Assembly: GCA_938074745.1 (NCBI GenBank)
Contig: CALJEJ010000067.1
Span: 1-56,535, forward strand
DNA: 56,535 bases
Direction of reading: 5' to 3'
From: an uncultured Endomicrobiia bacterium
GTDB taxonomy: Bacteria > Elusimicrobiota > Endomicrobiia > DTEH01
Positions 29,498-39,583 of the stretch are shown in pieces. Under the pieces are notes generated by a model. It saw only the letters and a list, made by a program, of their open reading frames with translations, was not told the DNA's origin and searched no databases. Position numbers and translations under genes: made by a program. Numbering within the stretch: position 1 is the stretch's first letter; each line of letters opens with the position of its first letter.

Positions 29498-30580
29498 ATG
29501 GAAAAAGGGAAAATTTTTTATAACACAAAAACTCCTGTTAGAATAAAAATTTTTGGCATAGGTGGTGCTGGTGGTAATGCTGTCAACAGAATTATAGAGG
29601 CTGGTATGATAGACCTTAATCAGGTAGAAATTATTAGTATGAACACTGATGTTCAAGCGTTGAGTCAGTCAAAAGCAATACCTATACAATTAGGCATTAA
29701 AACTACAAAAGGGCAAGGTTCTGGAGGTAGACCTGAAATAGGTAGACAAGCAGCAGAAGAATCTATAGATACAATAAAAGAATTGCTGGCTAATACTGAT
29801 ATGTTATTTTTAACCTGTGGTATGGGTAAAGGTACAGGTACTGGTGCTACTCCTGTAATCGCTAAAATTGCCAAAGAAATGAACATATTGACAGTAGGAA
29901 TTGTGACTACTCCGTTTAAATGGGAGGGACAAGAACGAGCAAAAAATGCACAACAAGGTATCTTAGAACTTAAGAAATATGTAGACGCATTATTAGCTAT
30001 CCCAAACGATAAGTTTATAGACCTTTATCCTAATTTTGATATGGAAGAAGTTTTTTACAAAATTGCTGATGATGTATTAAACAAAGCAGTATTAAGTATA
30101 TGGAAGGTTATTACAGAACCCGGTTTTATGAATGTAGATTTTGCTGATGCCAAAAATGTCTTAAAAGATGCTGGTGAGATTATTATGACTGTTGGAGCAA
30201 GTAATGAAGAATCAGGAAATGTTCTTAAACAAGCAATAAAAAATGCACTTAACAACCCACTTTTAGATAATTTATCTATTCAAGGAGCAAAACGAATTTT
30301 GGTAAACATTTGTGGTAAAGGTTTAGTAGCCAACGATGTAAACATTGCTGGAGAATATATACAAAAACTTATAGCGCCTGACGCTGCAGTATTTGTTGGG
30401 TTTGTTACTGATGCACGGTTTCATAATAAAGTTGAAGTTATAATTATTGCAAGTGGGTTATCCTTAAAACCAAAACCCCAAGTAAAACGTGAAATTTTTG
30501 CTAGAAATAGCAGTATTCCTAATATTGAAGATAAAGAAAACAAATTTTTTGTTCGTCGTGGTTTACGCGTGTTAAAATAA
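29498..30580 (+). CDS. ftsZ: Cell division protein FtsZ with variant signature motif
   Basis: GIGGAGGNAVN, NTDVQAL, G(K)GTGTG, PFKWEG, NVDFAD. Confidence 0.96.
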   Translation: MEKGKIFYNTKTPVRIKIFGIGGAGGNAVNRIIEAGMIDLNQVEIISMNTDVQALSQSKAIPIQLGIKTTKGQGSGGRPEIGRQAAEESIDTIKELLANTDMLFLTCGMGKGTGTGATPVIAKIAKEMNILTVGIVTTPFKWEGQERAKNAQQGILELKKYVDALLAIPNDKFIDLYPNFDMEEVFYKIADDVLNKAVLSIWKVITEPGFMNVDFADAKNVLKDAGEIIMTVGASNEESGNVLKQAIKNALNNPLLDNLSIQGAKRILVNICGKGLVANDVNIAGEYIQKLIAPDAAVFVGFVTDARFHNKVEVIIIASGLSLKPKPQVKREIFARNSSIPNIEDKENKFFVRRGLRVLK

Positions 30581-30607
30581 TTAAAATTTTAATATTTGAG
30601 AATTTTT

Positions 30608-31750
30608 ATGAACATTGATATGGAAAGTTTATCAAACAAATTAAATGAAGTATTGAGGTTATTTATAGAGAAAGGTGGTAGTGACTTGCATATAAGGTCT
30701 GATAGTGTAGCATATATAAGAATTAATGGTGAACTTTTCCCGTTAAGTAATGAAAAATTTTCTAAAGAACAAGTTAGAGGGTTTGCATATTTAATGATGT
30801 CTCCAATTCAACAAAAAAAGTTTGAAGAAGTTAAAGAATGTGATTTAGGATATGAATTTGGTGATATAGCAAGGTTAAGAGTTAACGTTTTTTATCAACA
30901 AGGAGTTATTAATTTAGCAATAAGGTATATTCCTAAAGAAATACCTACTAAAGAACAGTTAAACCTTCCTGATGTAGTTTACAAACTTGCTGAGAGTGTT
31001 CGTGGGTTAGTTCTTGTGACAGGTCCTGCAGGGTCAGGTAAATCTACTACTTTAGCAAGTATGATAAATCATATAAATAATACTCGTAGTGCACATATTA
31101 TTACTATTGAAGACCCTATTGAGTTTATATACAAAGACAATAAATCAATTATTGCTCAAAGAGAAGTTGGATACGACACTTTATCTTTTTCAGATGCTTT
31201 ACGCCATATAGTTCGTCAGAACCCAGATGTTATTTTAATAGGCGAAATCAGAGATCTAGAAACTATGCAATCAGCACTTACTGCAGCACAGTTAGGACAC
31301 TTAGTATTGTCTACATTGCATACTGTGAATGCGATACAGACCATAAATAGGATTATAGATTTATTTCCTCCACATCAACAAAACCAAGTACGGTTACAGC
31401 TCGCTGATACTTTGGTAGGTATAATTTCTCAAAGGTTGGTTAAAAGGAAAGATTCTAAAGGGTTGATTCCTGCAGTTGAAGTGTTAGTAATAACACCTGC
31501 AGTTAAAAAGTGTATTGAAGAAAAAAATTTTGGTGATATTCTTAACATAATGCAGCAAGGACACTACTATGGTATGCAAACATTTAATCAATCTTTGTTA
31601 GACCTTTATAAAAAAAATTTGATTTCTTTAAACGATGCGTTACAAGCTGCAAGTAGTCCTGAAGATCTTATGCTGGCTATTAAAGGTATTGAGAGTTCTT
31701 CAGGGATATCTTCAAGTCAGTTGTTTGAACGGTTCGAGAAAAAAATTTAA
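30608..31750 (+). CDS. pilT: Type IV pilus retraction ATPase PilT/PilU family
   Basis: GSDLHI, GPAGSGKST, TIEDPIE, QREVG.DT, RQNPDVILIGEIRD, HLVLSTLH, GMQTF. Confidence 0.93.
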   Translation: MNIDMESLSNKLNEVLRLFIEKGGSDLHIRSDSVAYIRINGELFPLSNEKFSKEQVRGFAYLMMSPIQQKKFEEVKECDLGYEFGDIARLRVNVFYQQGVINLAIRYIPKEIPTKEQLNLPDVVYKLAESVRGLVLVTGPAGSGKSTTLASMINHINNTRSAHIITIEDPIEFIYKDNKSIIAQREVGYDTLSFSDALRHIVRQNPDVILIGEIRDLETMQSALTAAQLGHLVLSTLHTVNAIQTINRIIDLFPPHQQNQVRLQLADTLVGIISQRLVKRKDSKGLIPAVEVLVITPAVKKCIEEKNFGDILNIMQQGHYYGMQTFNQSLLDLYKKNLISLNDALQAASSPEDLMLAIKGIESSSGISSSQLFERFEKKI

Positions 31751-31782
31751 AGTTGTGAATATGAGAGATAAAATCATTTATT

Positions 31783-32481
31783 GTGGATGTGATTATGTGG
31801 ATATTAGAGGAAAAATTTTTGTGCTATAGAACACAAAAATTTTTTTTACTCACCACTACAAGAAAAATATTTTGTTATAAGACTAATCTAAGAGAAGTTT
31901 TGGAAATTATTAAAATACCAAAAAACCTTGCCGTAGTCACCTGCGAGCAAGTTCATGGAAATAAAATTGTATTTTTAAAACAACAAAAAATTTGTAGGTC
32001 AGAATTTATTAATCTTGCTAACTCTGACGGATGTATAACTGATTCTGATAAAGTAGCGATTTGTATTTTTACTGCAGATTGTGTTCCATTATTTTTATAT
32101 AACGAAAAAGAAAACATCTATGGTTTGGTTCATATAGGACGTAAAGGAGTACTTAACGGTATTGTAGAAAATGTTGTTAAATTATTAACTCAACATTGGT
32201 GTTACAAAAATTTCAAGTTCGTTTTAGGCCCACATATTTGTGAGAAATGTTATATTGTTAAAGCTAAAGATGTAAAAGGAAGTTATTGTGGTTATGATAC
32301 AACTACAGGACAATTTTCGTTAAAAAAAGAAATTATCTATAGGTTACGACAATACGGAATTGCTAAAACACAGATTATTACTTCGTCATACTGTACGTAT
32401 CATAACAATGAAGTATTCTTTTCATATCGTAAAGGTGACGGAAGTAATCGTTTGGTATCAATTATATATTACAATAAATAA
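31783..32481 (+). CDS. pgeF: YfiH/PgeF peptidoglycan editing factor (purine nucleoside phosphorylase-like)
   Basis: QVHG, DG.IT, TADCVP, HIG.KG, GPHIC..CY, FFSYR. Confidence 0.85.
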   Translation: MDVIMWILEEKFLCYRTQKFFLLTTTRKIFCYKTNLREVLEIIKIPKNLAVVTCEQVHGNKIVFLKQQKICRSEFINLANSDGCITDSDKVAICIFTADCVPLFLYNEKENIYGLVHIGRKGVLNGIVENVVKLLTQHWCYKNFKFVLGPHICEKCYIVKAKDVKGSYCGYDTTTGQFSLKKEIIYRLRQYGIAKTQIITSSYCTYHNNEVFFSYRKGDGSNRLVSIIYYNK

Positions 32482-32588
32482 ACGATTGTAAAATCTACTA
32501 ATTTTTTTGTATAAAAAATCAATATGGACTAATTTTTAAATAACGAAGATGTTTGTTTTGAAGTTTATTATAACAGAGGGATAAAATT

Positions 32589-33656
32589 ATGAATAAATTG
32601 GAACAACTGAGAAATAAAATTAGAAATATAGATGAAAAAATATTAAAGTTATTAAACCAAAGAGCACTTATAGCAAAAAAAATAGGTAAAGTAAAACTAA
32701 AATATGGAAGAGATATATATTCCCCAGGACAGGAAAAAAAAGTAATAAACGAAATCATATCCAAAAATACCGGACCTTTAAAAGAAAATGATATAAAAGA
32801 AATTTTTTGGACAATTATACAATCATGTAGGGCACAACAAAAAATTTTGTCAATAGCATATCTTGGCCCAGAAGCAACTTTTACTCATCTTGCTGCAATA
32901 AAAATATTTGGTTCAGCGAACTGTTTCATTCCTAAAGAAACAATTTCTGATATATTTTATGAAGTAGAGAAAGATGAGGTAGAGTTTGGTGTTGTTCCCG
33001 TAGAAAATACTACTGAAGGAATTGTTACTCATACTTTAGACATGTTTCTTGAATGTGATTTATATATATGTGGCGAGATTGATATGCAGATAAACCATTG
33101 TTTAGTGTCTAAAGAAAAAGATATAAAGAAAATAAAAATTTTATATTCACACCCACAAGCAATTGCTCAATGTAAAAATTTTATTCAGACGAAATTAAAT
33201 AATGTAAAAATTGTAGAAATATCTTCTACTGCACAAGCAGCGAAAATTGTCTCTAAGAAACGTTTTGCAGCAGCAATTGCTTCCGAAGTTGCGTCAAAAA
33301 TCTATAATTTAAATCTACTTGCAAAAAATATTGAAGATGTGGAAGAAAATTATACACGGTTTATTGTCATAGGGAAACATCAAACAGAAAGGTCAGGTTG
33401 TGATAAAACTTCAATTGTATTTTCAGTAAAAGATCGGGTCGGTATATTACATGATGTTCTTGCTTCGTTTAAAAAATACGGGATAAATTTAACAAAAATA
33501 GAGTCGAGACCGTCTAAAAAACGTCCTTGGGAATATGTATTTTTTGTAGATTTTGTAGGCCATATTGGCGACAGGAATGTAAAATTAGCAATTCGTGAGT
33601 TAGAAGAAAAATGTGTGTTTTACAAATTCTTAGGTTCATATCCAGCTGCAAAATAA
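32589..33656 (+). CDS. pheA: Bifunctional chorismate mutase / prephenate dehydratase
   Basis: N-terminal AroQ (LRNKIRNID), YLGPEATFT, PVENTTEG, SHPQA, NYTRF, ACT domain ESRP. Confidence 0.97.
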   Translation: MNKLEQLRNKIRNIDEKILKLLNQRALIAKKIGKVKLKYGRDIYSPGQEKKVINEIISKNTGPLKENDIKEIFWTIIQSCRAQQKILSIAYLGPEATFTHLAAIKIFGSANCFIPKETISDIFYEVEKDEVEFGVVPVENTTEGIVTHTLDMFLECDLYICGEIDMQINHCLVSKEKDIKKIKILYSHPQAIAQCKNFIQTKLNNVKIVEISSTAQAAKIVSKKRFAAAIASEVASKIYNLNLLAKNIEDVEENYTRFIVIGKHQTERSGCDKTSIVFSVKDRVGILHDVLASFKKYGINLTKIESRPSKKRPWEYVFFVDFVGHIGDRNVKLAIRELEEKCVFYKFLGSYPAAK

Positions 33657-33660
33657 TAAT

Positions 33661-34785
33661 ATGAAAATGTTACCTCCAATACCAAGAAAAGAAATTAAAA
33701 ATTTTGAACCTTACTTACCTGGCAGGTCTGTTGAAGAAATTAAACAAAAGTTTAATTTAAAAACAGTATACAAACTTGCTTCAAATGAAAATCCGCTGGG
33801 TAGTTCAAAAAAATTGTCTAAAACAATATCCAAACTGATAAAAGATTTGTATAGATATCCTGAAGGGTCAAGTAAAATATTAAGAGAAAAAATTGCTCAA
33901 GTCTACCATATTCCTTATGAAGAAGTTATCGTTGGCAGTGGGACAGACGAACTTATAGAACTTGTTGGTAAAACGTATCTGTCACAAGATGAAAACATAG
34001 TTGTTTCAGAACATGCGTTTATTCGGTATCGTATGATAGGTGAACTTATGGGTTGTGAAGTGGTCAGTTGTCCTATGAAAAATTATACACACGACCTTGT
34101 TGGCATGGCTAAGAAAGTTAATAAAAAAACAAAGATTGTTTTCATTGCTAACCCTAACAATCCTACTGGAACATATAATACATCTAAAGAATTAAAAGAG
34201 TTTCTAACTACATTGATTAAAAAATCAGTTTCACCAATAGTAGTTATTGATGAAGCATATTATGAATACGCATGTCAACAAAAAGATTATCCTCAAAGTT
34301 TAAAATTAAGAAAATTATATCCCAACATGTTAATCTTAAGGACATTTTCAAAAGTGTATGGACTTGCAGGGTTAAGAGTAGGTTATGGTATAAGCAGAAA
34401 AGAAATAATCTCTGATTTAGATAGAGTGAGACCACCGTTTAATGTTTCTACAGTGGCACAATACGCTGCTGTAGCTGCACTTAGCGATTTTCAACATGTT
34501 AAAAAATCTGTTTCACTTGTAATAAAAGAAAAAAAATTTTTATATCGCCAACTGGAAATTATGGGATTAAAATACATTCCTTCTGCTGCTAATTTTGTTT
34601 TAATAGAAGTCTCGCCGTTTAAAGGACAGGAAGTGTTTAACGAACTATTAAAGTTTGGTGTAATAGTTCGTGCGATGGACGAGTATAATTTGCCATACCA
34701 TATCAGAGTAACTGTTGGAACACATAAAGAAAATGTTGTGTTCATAAATATGTTAAAAAAAGTATTAAAAAAATTAACAGTTTGA
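33661..34785 (+). CDS. hisC: Histidinol-phosphate / aromatic aminotransferase
   Basis: KLASNENP, YRYP, ANPNNPTG, DEAY, RTFSKVYGLAGLRVGY. Confidence 0.95.
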   Translation: MKMLPPIPRKEIKNFEPYLPGRSVEEIKQKFNLKTVYKLASNENPLGSSKKLSKTISKLIKDLYRYPEGSSKILREKIAQVYHIPYEEVIVGSGTDELIELVGKTYLSQDENIVVSEHAFIRYRMIGELMGCEVVSCPMKNYTHDLVGMAKKVNKKTKIVFIANPNNPTGTYNTSKELKEFLTTLIKKSVSPIVVIDEAYYEYACQQKDYPQSLKLRKLYPNMLILRTFSKVYGLAGLRVGYGISRKEIISDLDRVRPPFNVSTVAQYAAVAALSDFQHVKKSVSLVIKEKKFLYRQLEIMGLKYIPSAANFVLIEVSPFKGQEVFNELLKFGVIVRAMDEYNLPYHIRVTVGTHKENVVFINMLKKVLKKLTV

Positions 34786-34797
34786 AAGGAGAAAGTC

Positions 34798-36216
34798 ATG
34801 AAATATAATAAAGTTGACAATGAAATATTAGAGAGATTAAGAATTATCTGTGGGACGGAAAATGTTATAACAGACAAAGAAAAGTTGATAGATTATTCCC
34901 ATGACGAATATCCACGGCAAGAAATTAAATCTTATCCTGAAGTTGTTGTGAAACCGCGCAATGAACAAGAAGTTGCTGAGGTACTAAAATTAGCAAATGA
35001 AAATTTAATTCCTGTAACACCACGAGGTGCAGCAACAGGTCTTGCAGGTGGTTGTGTTCCTGTATACGGAGGAATAGTATTGTCGTTGGAAAATATGAAC
35101 AGGATTATAGAAATTGATAAACAAAACTTTGTTGTTGTAACAGAATCAGGTGTACCTTTAATGAAATTTTTTAAAGAAATTGAACAACAAGGACTTTTTT
35201 TCCCGCCACATCCCGGAGACGAATCTGCAATGATCGGTGGTGTTATTGCTACAAACGCAGGTGGTTCACGTGCAGTAAAGTATGGTGTGATACGAAATTT
35301 TGTTCGTGGGATAGAAGTAGTTCTTCCAAACGGAAATATAATTCAATGTGGTGGTAAATTAATAAAAAATTCTGCGGGGTATAGTTTGTTGAATTTGTTC
35401 ATAGGTTCTGAAGGTACACTCGGAGTTATTACTAAAGCAACGATTGCTGTTGTACCACCGTTGGCAAGTGTGGTTACTCTTGTGGTACCGTTTGAGAATA
35501 TAGATTCTGCAATAAACGCAGTACCAGAAATTTTAAGAAGTAATGTTTTACCGATGGCAATTGAATTTGTAGAACTTGAACCAATAATATTAACTGAAAA
35601 ATTGTTAAACAAGAGCTGGCCTACAAAACAAGGTTCTGCACATTTGATGATAATAATTGATGCACAAGACAAAGATACAGCGTTAAGTTTTGCAGAAAAA
35701 GTTGCTGAAGTGTGCGAAAAATATAATGCTATGGAAGTGTTTATCGCAGATACGACAGATAAACAACAAACTATTCTTGAAATCAGAAGCCATCTTTATG
35801 AATCAATAAAAAATTTTACAGTTGAGATATTAGATATCGCAGTACCAATTGCAAAAATTGCAGAGTTTGTAAATAATATTCATGAAATAGAAAAAAAATA
35901 TGGAATTTGGTTACCTACATATGGCCATGCTGGAGATGGTAATGTACATATTCATTATATGAAAGGCAAATTTGTCAACGGCGAAATTATACAATTAAAA
36001 GAATCTGAATGGCAACCTAAATTGGAAGAAGTTATAGATAAAATTATTGATTTAGGGTTACAACTTGGAGGTAGTATAACTGGTGAACATGGTGTTGGTT
36101 TAGTGAAAAAAAAGTATATGGGGAAAATGTACTCGGCAGAATATTTGTCATTGTTAAAAAGTATAAAAAATGTTTTTGACCCGAAAAATATTTTAAACCC
36201 GGGAAAAATTATATGA
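34798..36216 (+). CDS. FAD-linked 2-hydroxyacid oxidoreductase (GlcD/LctD family)
   Basis: PRGAATGLAGG, ATNAGG..AVKYG, GSEGTLG, GHAGDGNVH, GEHGVG, LNPGK. Confidence 0.92.
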   Translation: MKYNKVDNEILERLRIICGTENVITDKEKLIDYSHDEYPRQEIKSYPEVVVKPRNEQEVAEVLKLANENLIPVTPRGAATGLAGGCVPVYGGIVLSLENMNRIIEIDKQNFVVVTESGVPLMKFFKEIEQQGLFFPPHPGDESAMIGGVIATNAGGSRAVKYGVIRNFVRGIEVVLPNGNIIQCGGKLIKNSAGYSLLNLFIGSEGTLGVITKATIAVVPPLASVVTLVVPFENIDSAINAVPEILRSNVLPMAIEFVELEPIILTEKLLNKSWPTKQGSAHLMIIIDAQDKDTALSFAEKVAEVCEKYNAMEVFIADTTDKQQTILEIRSHLYESIKNFTVEILDIAVPIAKIAEFVNNIHEIEKKYGIWLPTYGHAGDGNVHIHYMKGKFVNGEIIQLKESEWQPKLEEVIDKIIDLGLQLGGSITGEHGVGLVKKKYMGKMYSAEYLSLLKSIKNVFDPKNILNPGKII

Positions 36217-37033
36217 AATTGTCACAAGAACCTGAAATAAAAGTAGGTGTTATAGAAAACGAAAAAAGTGTAAGATTATATACACCTTCAGAAATAATTG
36301 TCAAAGATATCACGGGTTTTCTAAAATTTCGTCCGTTGCTTTAGAAGCAGTGGGACAAACCCAAGGCGAAGTTTTAATATATAACAATAAAATTTGTAAC
36401 ACAGTGTTTTATAAATGTTGTGGCGGGATTACGGAATATTATTCAACAGCGTGGGAAGATAAAAGTTATGGTTATCTTGTTCCTGTTTGGGATGGGGAAC
36501 AAAATAAACCTCTTCCTGATTTTACTAAAGAAAATGTTGTAAAAGAATTTATTGATTCTAAACCTAAAGATATATTTTGTAATACAACTATTGACGAAAT
36601 ACAAGAATATCTAACAGATTTTGATAAACAGACAACGGATTTCTTTCGTTGGAAAGTTAAATATAACAAAAAATTTTTACAAGAACTTATTGAGAAAAAA
36701 ACTAACAAAATTATAGGGGAACTTGTTAATTTAGTTCCGTTGAAACGTGGTGCTTCAGGTAGAATTTGCTCTTTGGAAATACAAGGGACAAAAAATAATA
36801 TCGTTGTAAGTAAAGAACTTGAAATAAGAAAAGTTTTATCTGAGACACATTTATACAGTTCTTGTTTTTACGTTTTAATTGATGGTGAAAATATAATTTT
36901 AAACGGTGCAGGTTGGGGTCACGGAGTAGGGTTGTGCCAAATAGGTGCTGCAGTAATGGCAAAAAAAGGATATAACTATAAACAAATTTTATCTCATTAT
37001 TACCCTGGTTCAAGACTTGCTAAGATTTATTAA
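36213..37033 (+). pseudogene. SpoIID/LytB-domain gene broken by internal deletion and frameshift (or assembly artefact)
   Basis: ATG 36213 gives MKLSQEPEIKVGVIENEKSVRLYTPSEIIVKDI... stopping at 36344; another frame from 36299 gives CQRYHG...KCCGGITE...GAGWGHGVGLCQIGA; the conserved central region is absent. Confidence 0.7.
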
Positions 37034-37054
37034 TTTGATTTAGGTGAATTAACT

Positions 37055-37939
37055 ATGAATCTAATAAGTATAAAAGATCTGACTAAACAACAAATGAAGG
37101 AAATTTATAATTTAGTACCTAAATATACTACCAGAGAGCTACTACCAGAATTAAAAAATAAATATATAGGTTTAATTTTTGAAAAACCATCTACAAGAAC
37201 TCGGATTTCTTTTGAAGTGGGTATTTTACAGTTAGGCGGTTTCCCTATTGAACTTAGTGGTAACCAACTTCAAGTATCTCGTGGAGAGTCTATAAAAGAT
37301 ACTGCGAATATGTTGAACTGTTATTTAGACGGGTTAATTCTTAGAGTAAATAAACATGAGACAATTTTAGAATTTGCGAAATATTCTAAAATTCCCGTGA
37401 TAAATGCGTTAAGTGATAAAGAACATCCCTGCCAGGTTTTGTCTGATATTTATACAATAATGCAGTTTAAAAAAGTATCGTTGGAAGAGATTAACAAAAT
37501 AAAATTTGTCTATATCGGTGACGCAAATAATGTATGTATGTCGTGGATATATATCTGTGAAATTTTAGATATGACATCTTATTTTATAATTCCTAAAAAA
37601 TATCAGCCTAACGAAAAATTTAAAAACAATATTGTGATTACTGACGATATAACAATGCTAAAAGATGCTGATGTGGTATATACTGATGTATGGATTTCTA
37701 TGGGTCAAGAAAAAGAACGTGCTAAACGAATAAAAAGGTTTAAACCTTATCAAGTAAATTCTAAACTTCTTTCGTTAGCAAAACCTAATTGTATAGTTAT
37801 GCATTGTCTACCAGCGAACCGCGGTGTGGAGATTACTGACGATGTGTTGGATGGGAAAAATTCGGTAGTAATCCAGCAAGCAGAAAACAGGTTATATGTG
37901 CAAAAAGCATTGTTAGTATATATATTTTCCAAATATTAA
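37055..37939 (+). CDS. argF: Ornithine carbamoyltransferase
   Basis: STRTR, HPCQ, TDVWISMG, HCLP, QAENR. Confidence 0.96.
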   Translation: MNLISIKDLTKQQMKEIYNLVPKYTTRELLPELKNKYIGLIFEKPSTRTRISFEVGILQLGGFPIELSGNQLQVSRGESIKDTANMLNCYLDGLILRVNKHETILEFAKYSKIPVINALSDKEHPCQVLSDIYTIMQFKKVSLEEINKIKFVYIGDANNVCMSWIYICEILDMTSYFIIPKKYQPNEKFKNNIVITDDITMLKDADVVYTDVWISMGQEKERAKRIKRFKPYQVNSKLLSLAKPNCIVMHCLPANRGVEITDDVLDGKNSVVIQQAENRLYVQKALLVYIFSKY

Positions 37940-38006
37940 ATAACTAGTTTTGTTAACAAAACTAAATAGTTGTTGTAATAAAAAATTTTTAAAAAAGGGG
38001 TTGGTT

Positions 38007-38297
38007 ATGGAACAACAAAAAGAACAACAAATACAAATAGAAATTGACGAACTAACAGCACAAGGTGTTTATTCTAACCTTGCTATAATAAGCCATTTAG
38101 AAAATGAGTTTATATTAGATTTTGTATTTATCCAACCACAAGTACCAAAAGCAAAAGTTCGTGCAAGAATAATAACTTCACCACAACATGCAAAACGGTT
38201 ATTGTTAGCATTACAGGAAAATATTAAAAAATACGAAGAAAAATTTGGTGAAATAAAAGTTGAAAAAATGTGGCATAGAATAGGGTTCGTACATTAG
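38007..38297 (+). CDS. DUF3467 family protein (ATG 38007 preferred)
   Basis: QIQIEIDE..AQGVYSNLAII.H...EF.LDF...RII.SPQHAKRLL.AL.ENI..YE..FG.I. Confidence 0.85.
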   Translation: MEQQKEQQIQIEIDELTAQGVYSNLAIISHLENEFILDFVFIQPQVPKAKVRARIITSPQHAKRLLLALQENIKKYEEKFGEIKVEKMWHRIGFVH

Positions 38298-38310
38298 GAA
38301 ACTTAAAAAT

Positions 38311-39576
38311 ATGATAAAAATAACTTTTATTTCAGTTGGTACTGAACTTTTTTTTGACAGGATTAATACCAACCTTTTTTATATCTCAAAAAAAATATCT
38401 TCGTTAGGGTTAAAAATTTCAACTGCAATAACTGTCCCTGATGATAAAGAAAAAATTGTAGAAACACTAAAATCTGTAGTTCCCTCGTCTGATATAATAA
38501 TAATCACTGGCGGGTTAGGACCTACTAAAGATGACCTTACTGTAAAAAGTGTTTCTGAGTTTGTCAACAAAAAAATTGTTTTAAATAAAGAAGTATACCA
38601 ATCTATAGTGAGATATTTTATAGATAAAGGTATAGAAATGCCAAAACTTGCTCATCAACAAGCCTATGTTATTGATGGTGCTGAAGTATATATAAACAAA
38701 AACGGGCTTGCCCCGGGACAAAAAATAGTATATAACAAAAAAATCATATATCTTTTACCCGGACCACCAAGAGAATGTCATCCTATGTTTGACGAAAATA
38801 TCTTCCCAGAATTGAAAAAATTTCAAACAGGAATTACTAAAGAAACTGTTATACATTTATGTAATGTTCCCGAATCACGAGTTGAAGAAATTATTTCTGC
38901 TGTAGTAAATTCTGAAAAAAAATATTCTTCAGATATAGATTTTGCTTTTTTACCACATTTAAATATTGTAGATATAAAAATTATTGTTAGTGGAAAAAAT
39001 GAATTGTTAGTTGATGAAGAACTGCGATTAGTAAAAAAAGAAATTTATGACTGTTTCAAAGATAAACCTGAACAAAAAGCAATCTATGGAGAAGATAATG
39101 TTTTGTTAGAAACAGTAGTAGCTGAGTTATTGTGTAAACACAAAAAAACTCTTGCAGTAGCAGAATCTTGTACTGGTGGAATGATAGCAAACAGGATTAC
39201 TCACGTCCCAGGTAGTTCATTATATTTCGTTGGTGGTATAGTTGCATATTCAAACATGTTAAAAATGAATTTATTAAATGTAAAAAAAGAAACTTTAGAA
39301 ACTTATGGTGCTGTTTCAGAACAAGTAGTAAAAGAGATGGTTTCAGGATTAAAGATGTTAACTAAAGCGGACTATTGTGCTGCTGTTTCAGGTATAGCAG
39401 GACCTACCGGCGGAACTAAAGAAAAACCTGTTGGTACTGTATGGTTTTGTGTTTCTGATGGAACAAAATTTTTTACTGAATGTGTAAGGTTTAAAGGTTC
39501 ACGAGTTGAAATAAAAGAACAAGCAACAAATTTCTGTTTAGACCTTATTAGAAGAATAATAATGTTTCCACAATAA
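38311..39576 (+). CDS. cinA: Competence/damage-inducible protein CinA (MoCF domain + PncC NMN deamidase domain)
   Basis: GTEL, TGGLGPTKDDLT, LPGPPRE, AESCTGG, SGIAGPTGG...PVGTV. Confidence 0.95.
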   Translation: MIKITFISVGTELFFDRINTNLFYISKKISSLGLKISTAITVPDDKEKIVETLKSVVPSSDIIIITGGLGPTKDDLTVKSVSEFVNKKIVLNKEVYQSIVRYFIDKGIEMPKLAHQQAYVIDGAEVYINKNGLAPGQKIVYNKKIIYLLPGPPRECHPMFDENIFPELKKFQTGITKETVIHLCNVPESRVEEIISAVVNSEKKYSSDIDFAFLPHLNIVDIKIIVSGKNELLVDEELRLVKKEIYDCFKDKPEQKAIYGEDNVLLETVVAELLCKHKKTLAVAESCTGGMIANRITHVPGSSLYFVGGIVAYSNMLKMNLLNVKKETLETYGAVSEQVVKEMVSGLKMLTKADYCAAVSGIAGPTGGTKEKPVGTVWFCVSDGTKFFTECVRFKGSRVEIKEQATNFCLDLIRRIIMFPQ

Positions 39577-39583
39577 TTTAAAT

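Noticed and set aside
31635-31829. 64-aa plus-strand ORF bridging pilT and pgeF
   Set aside because: Out-of-frame overlap with both neighbours, no motif; a CGC segment alone is not enough to call a peptide.
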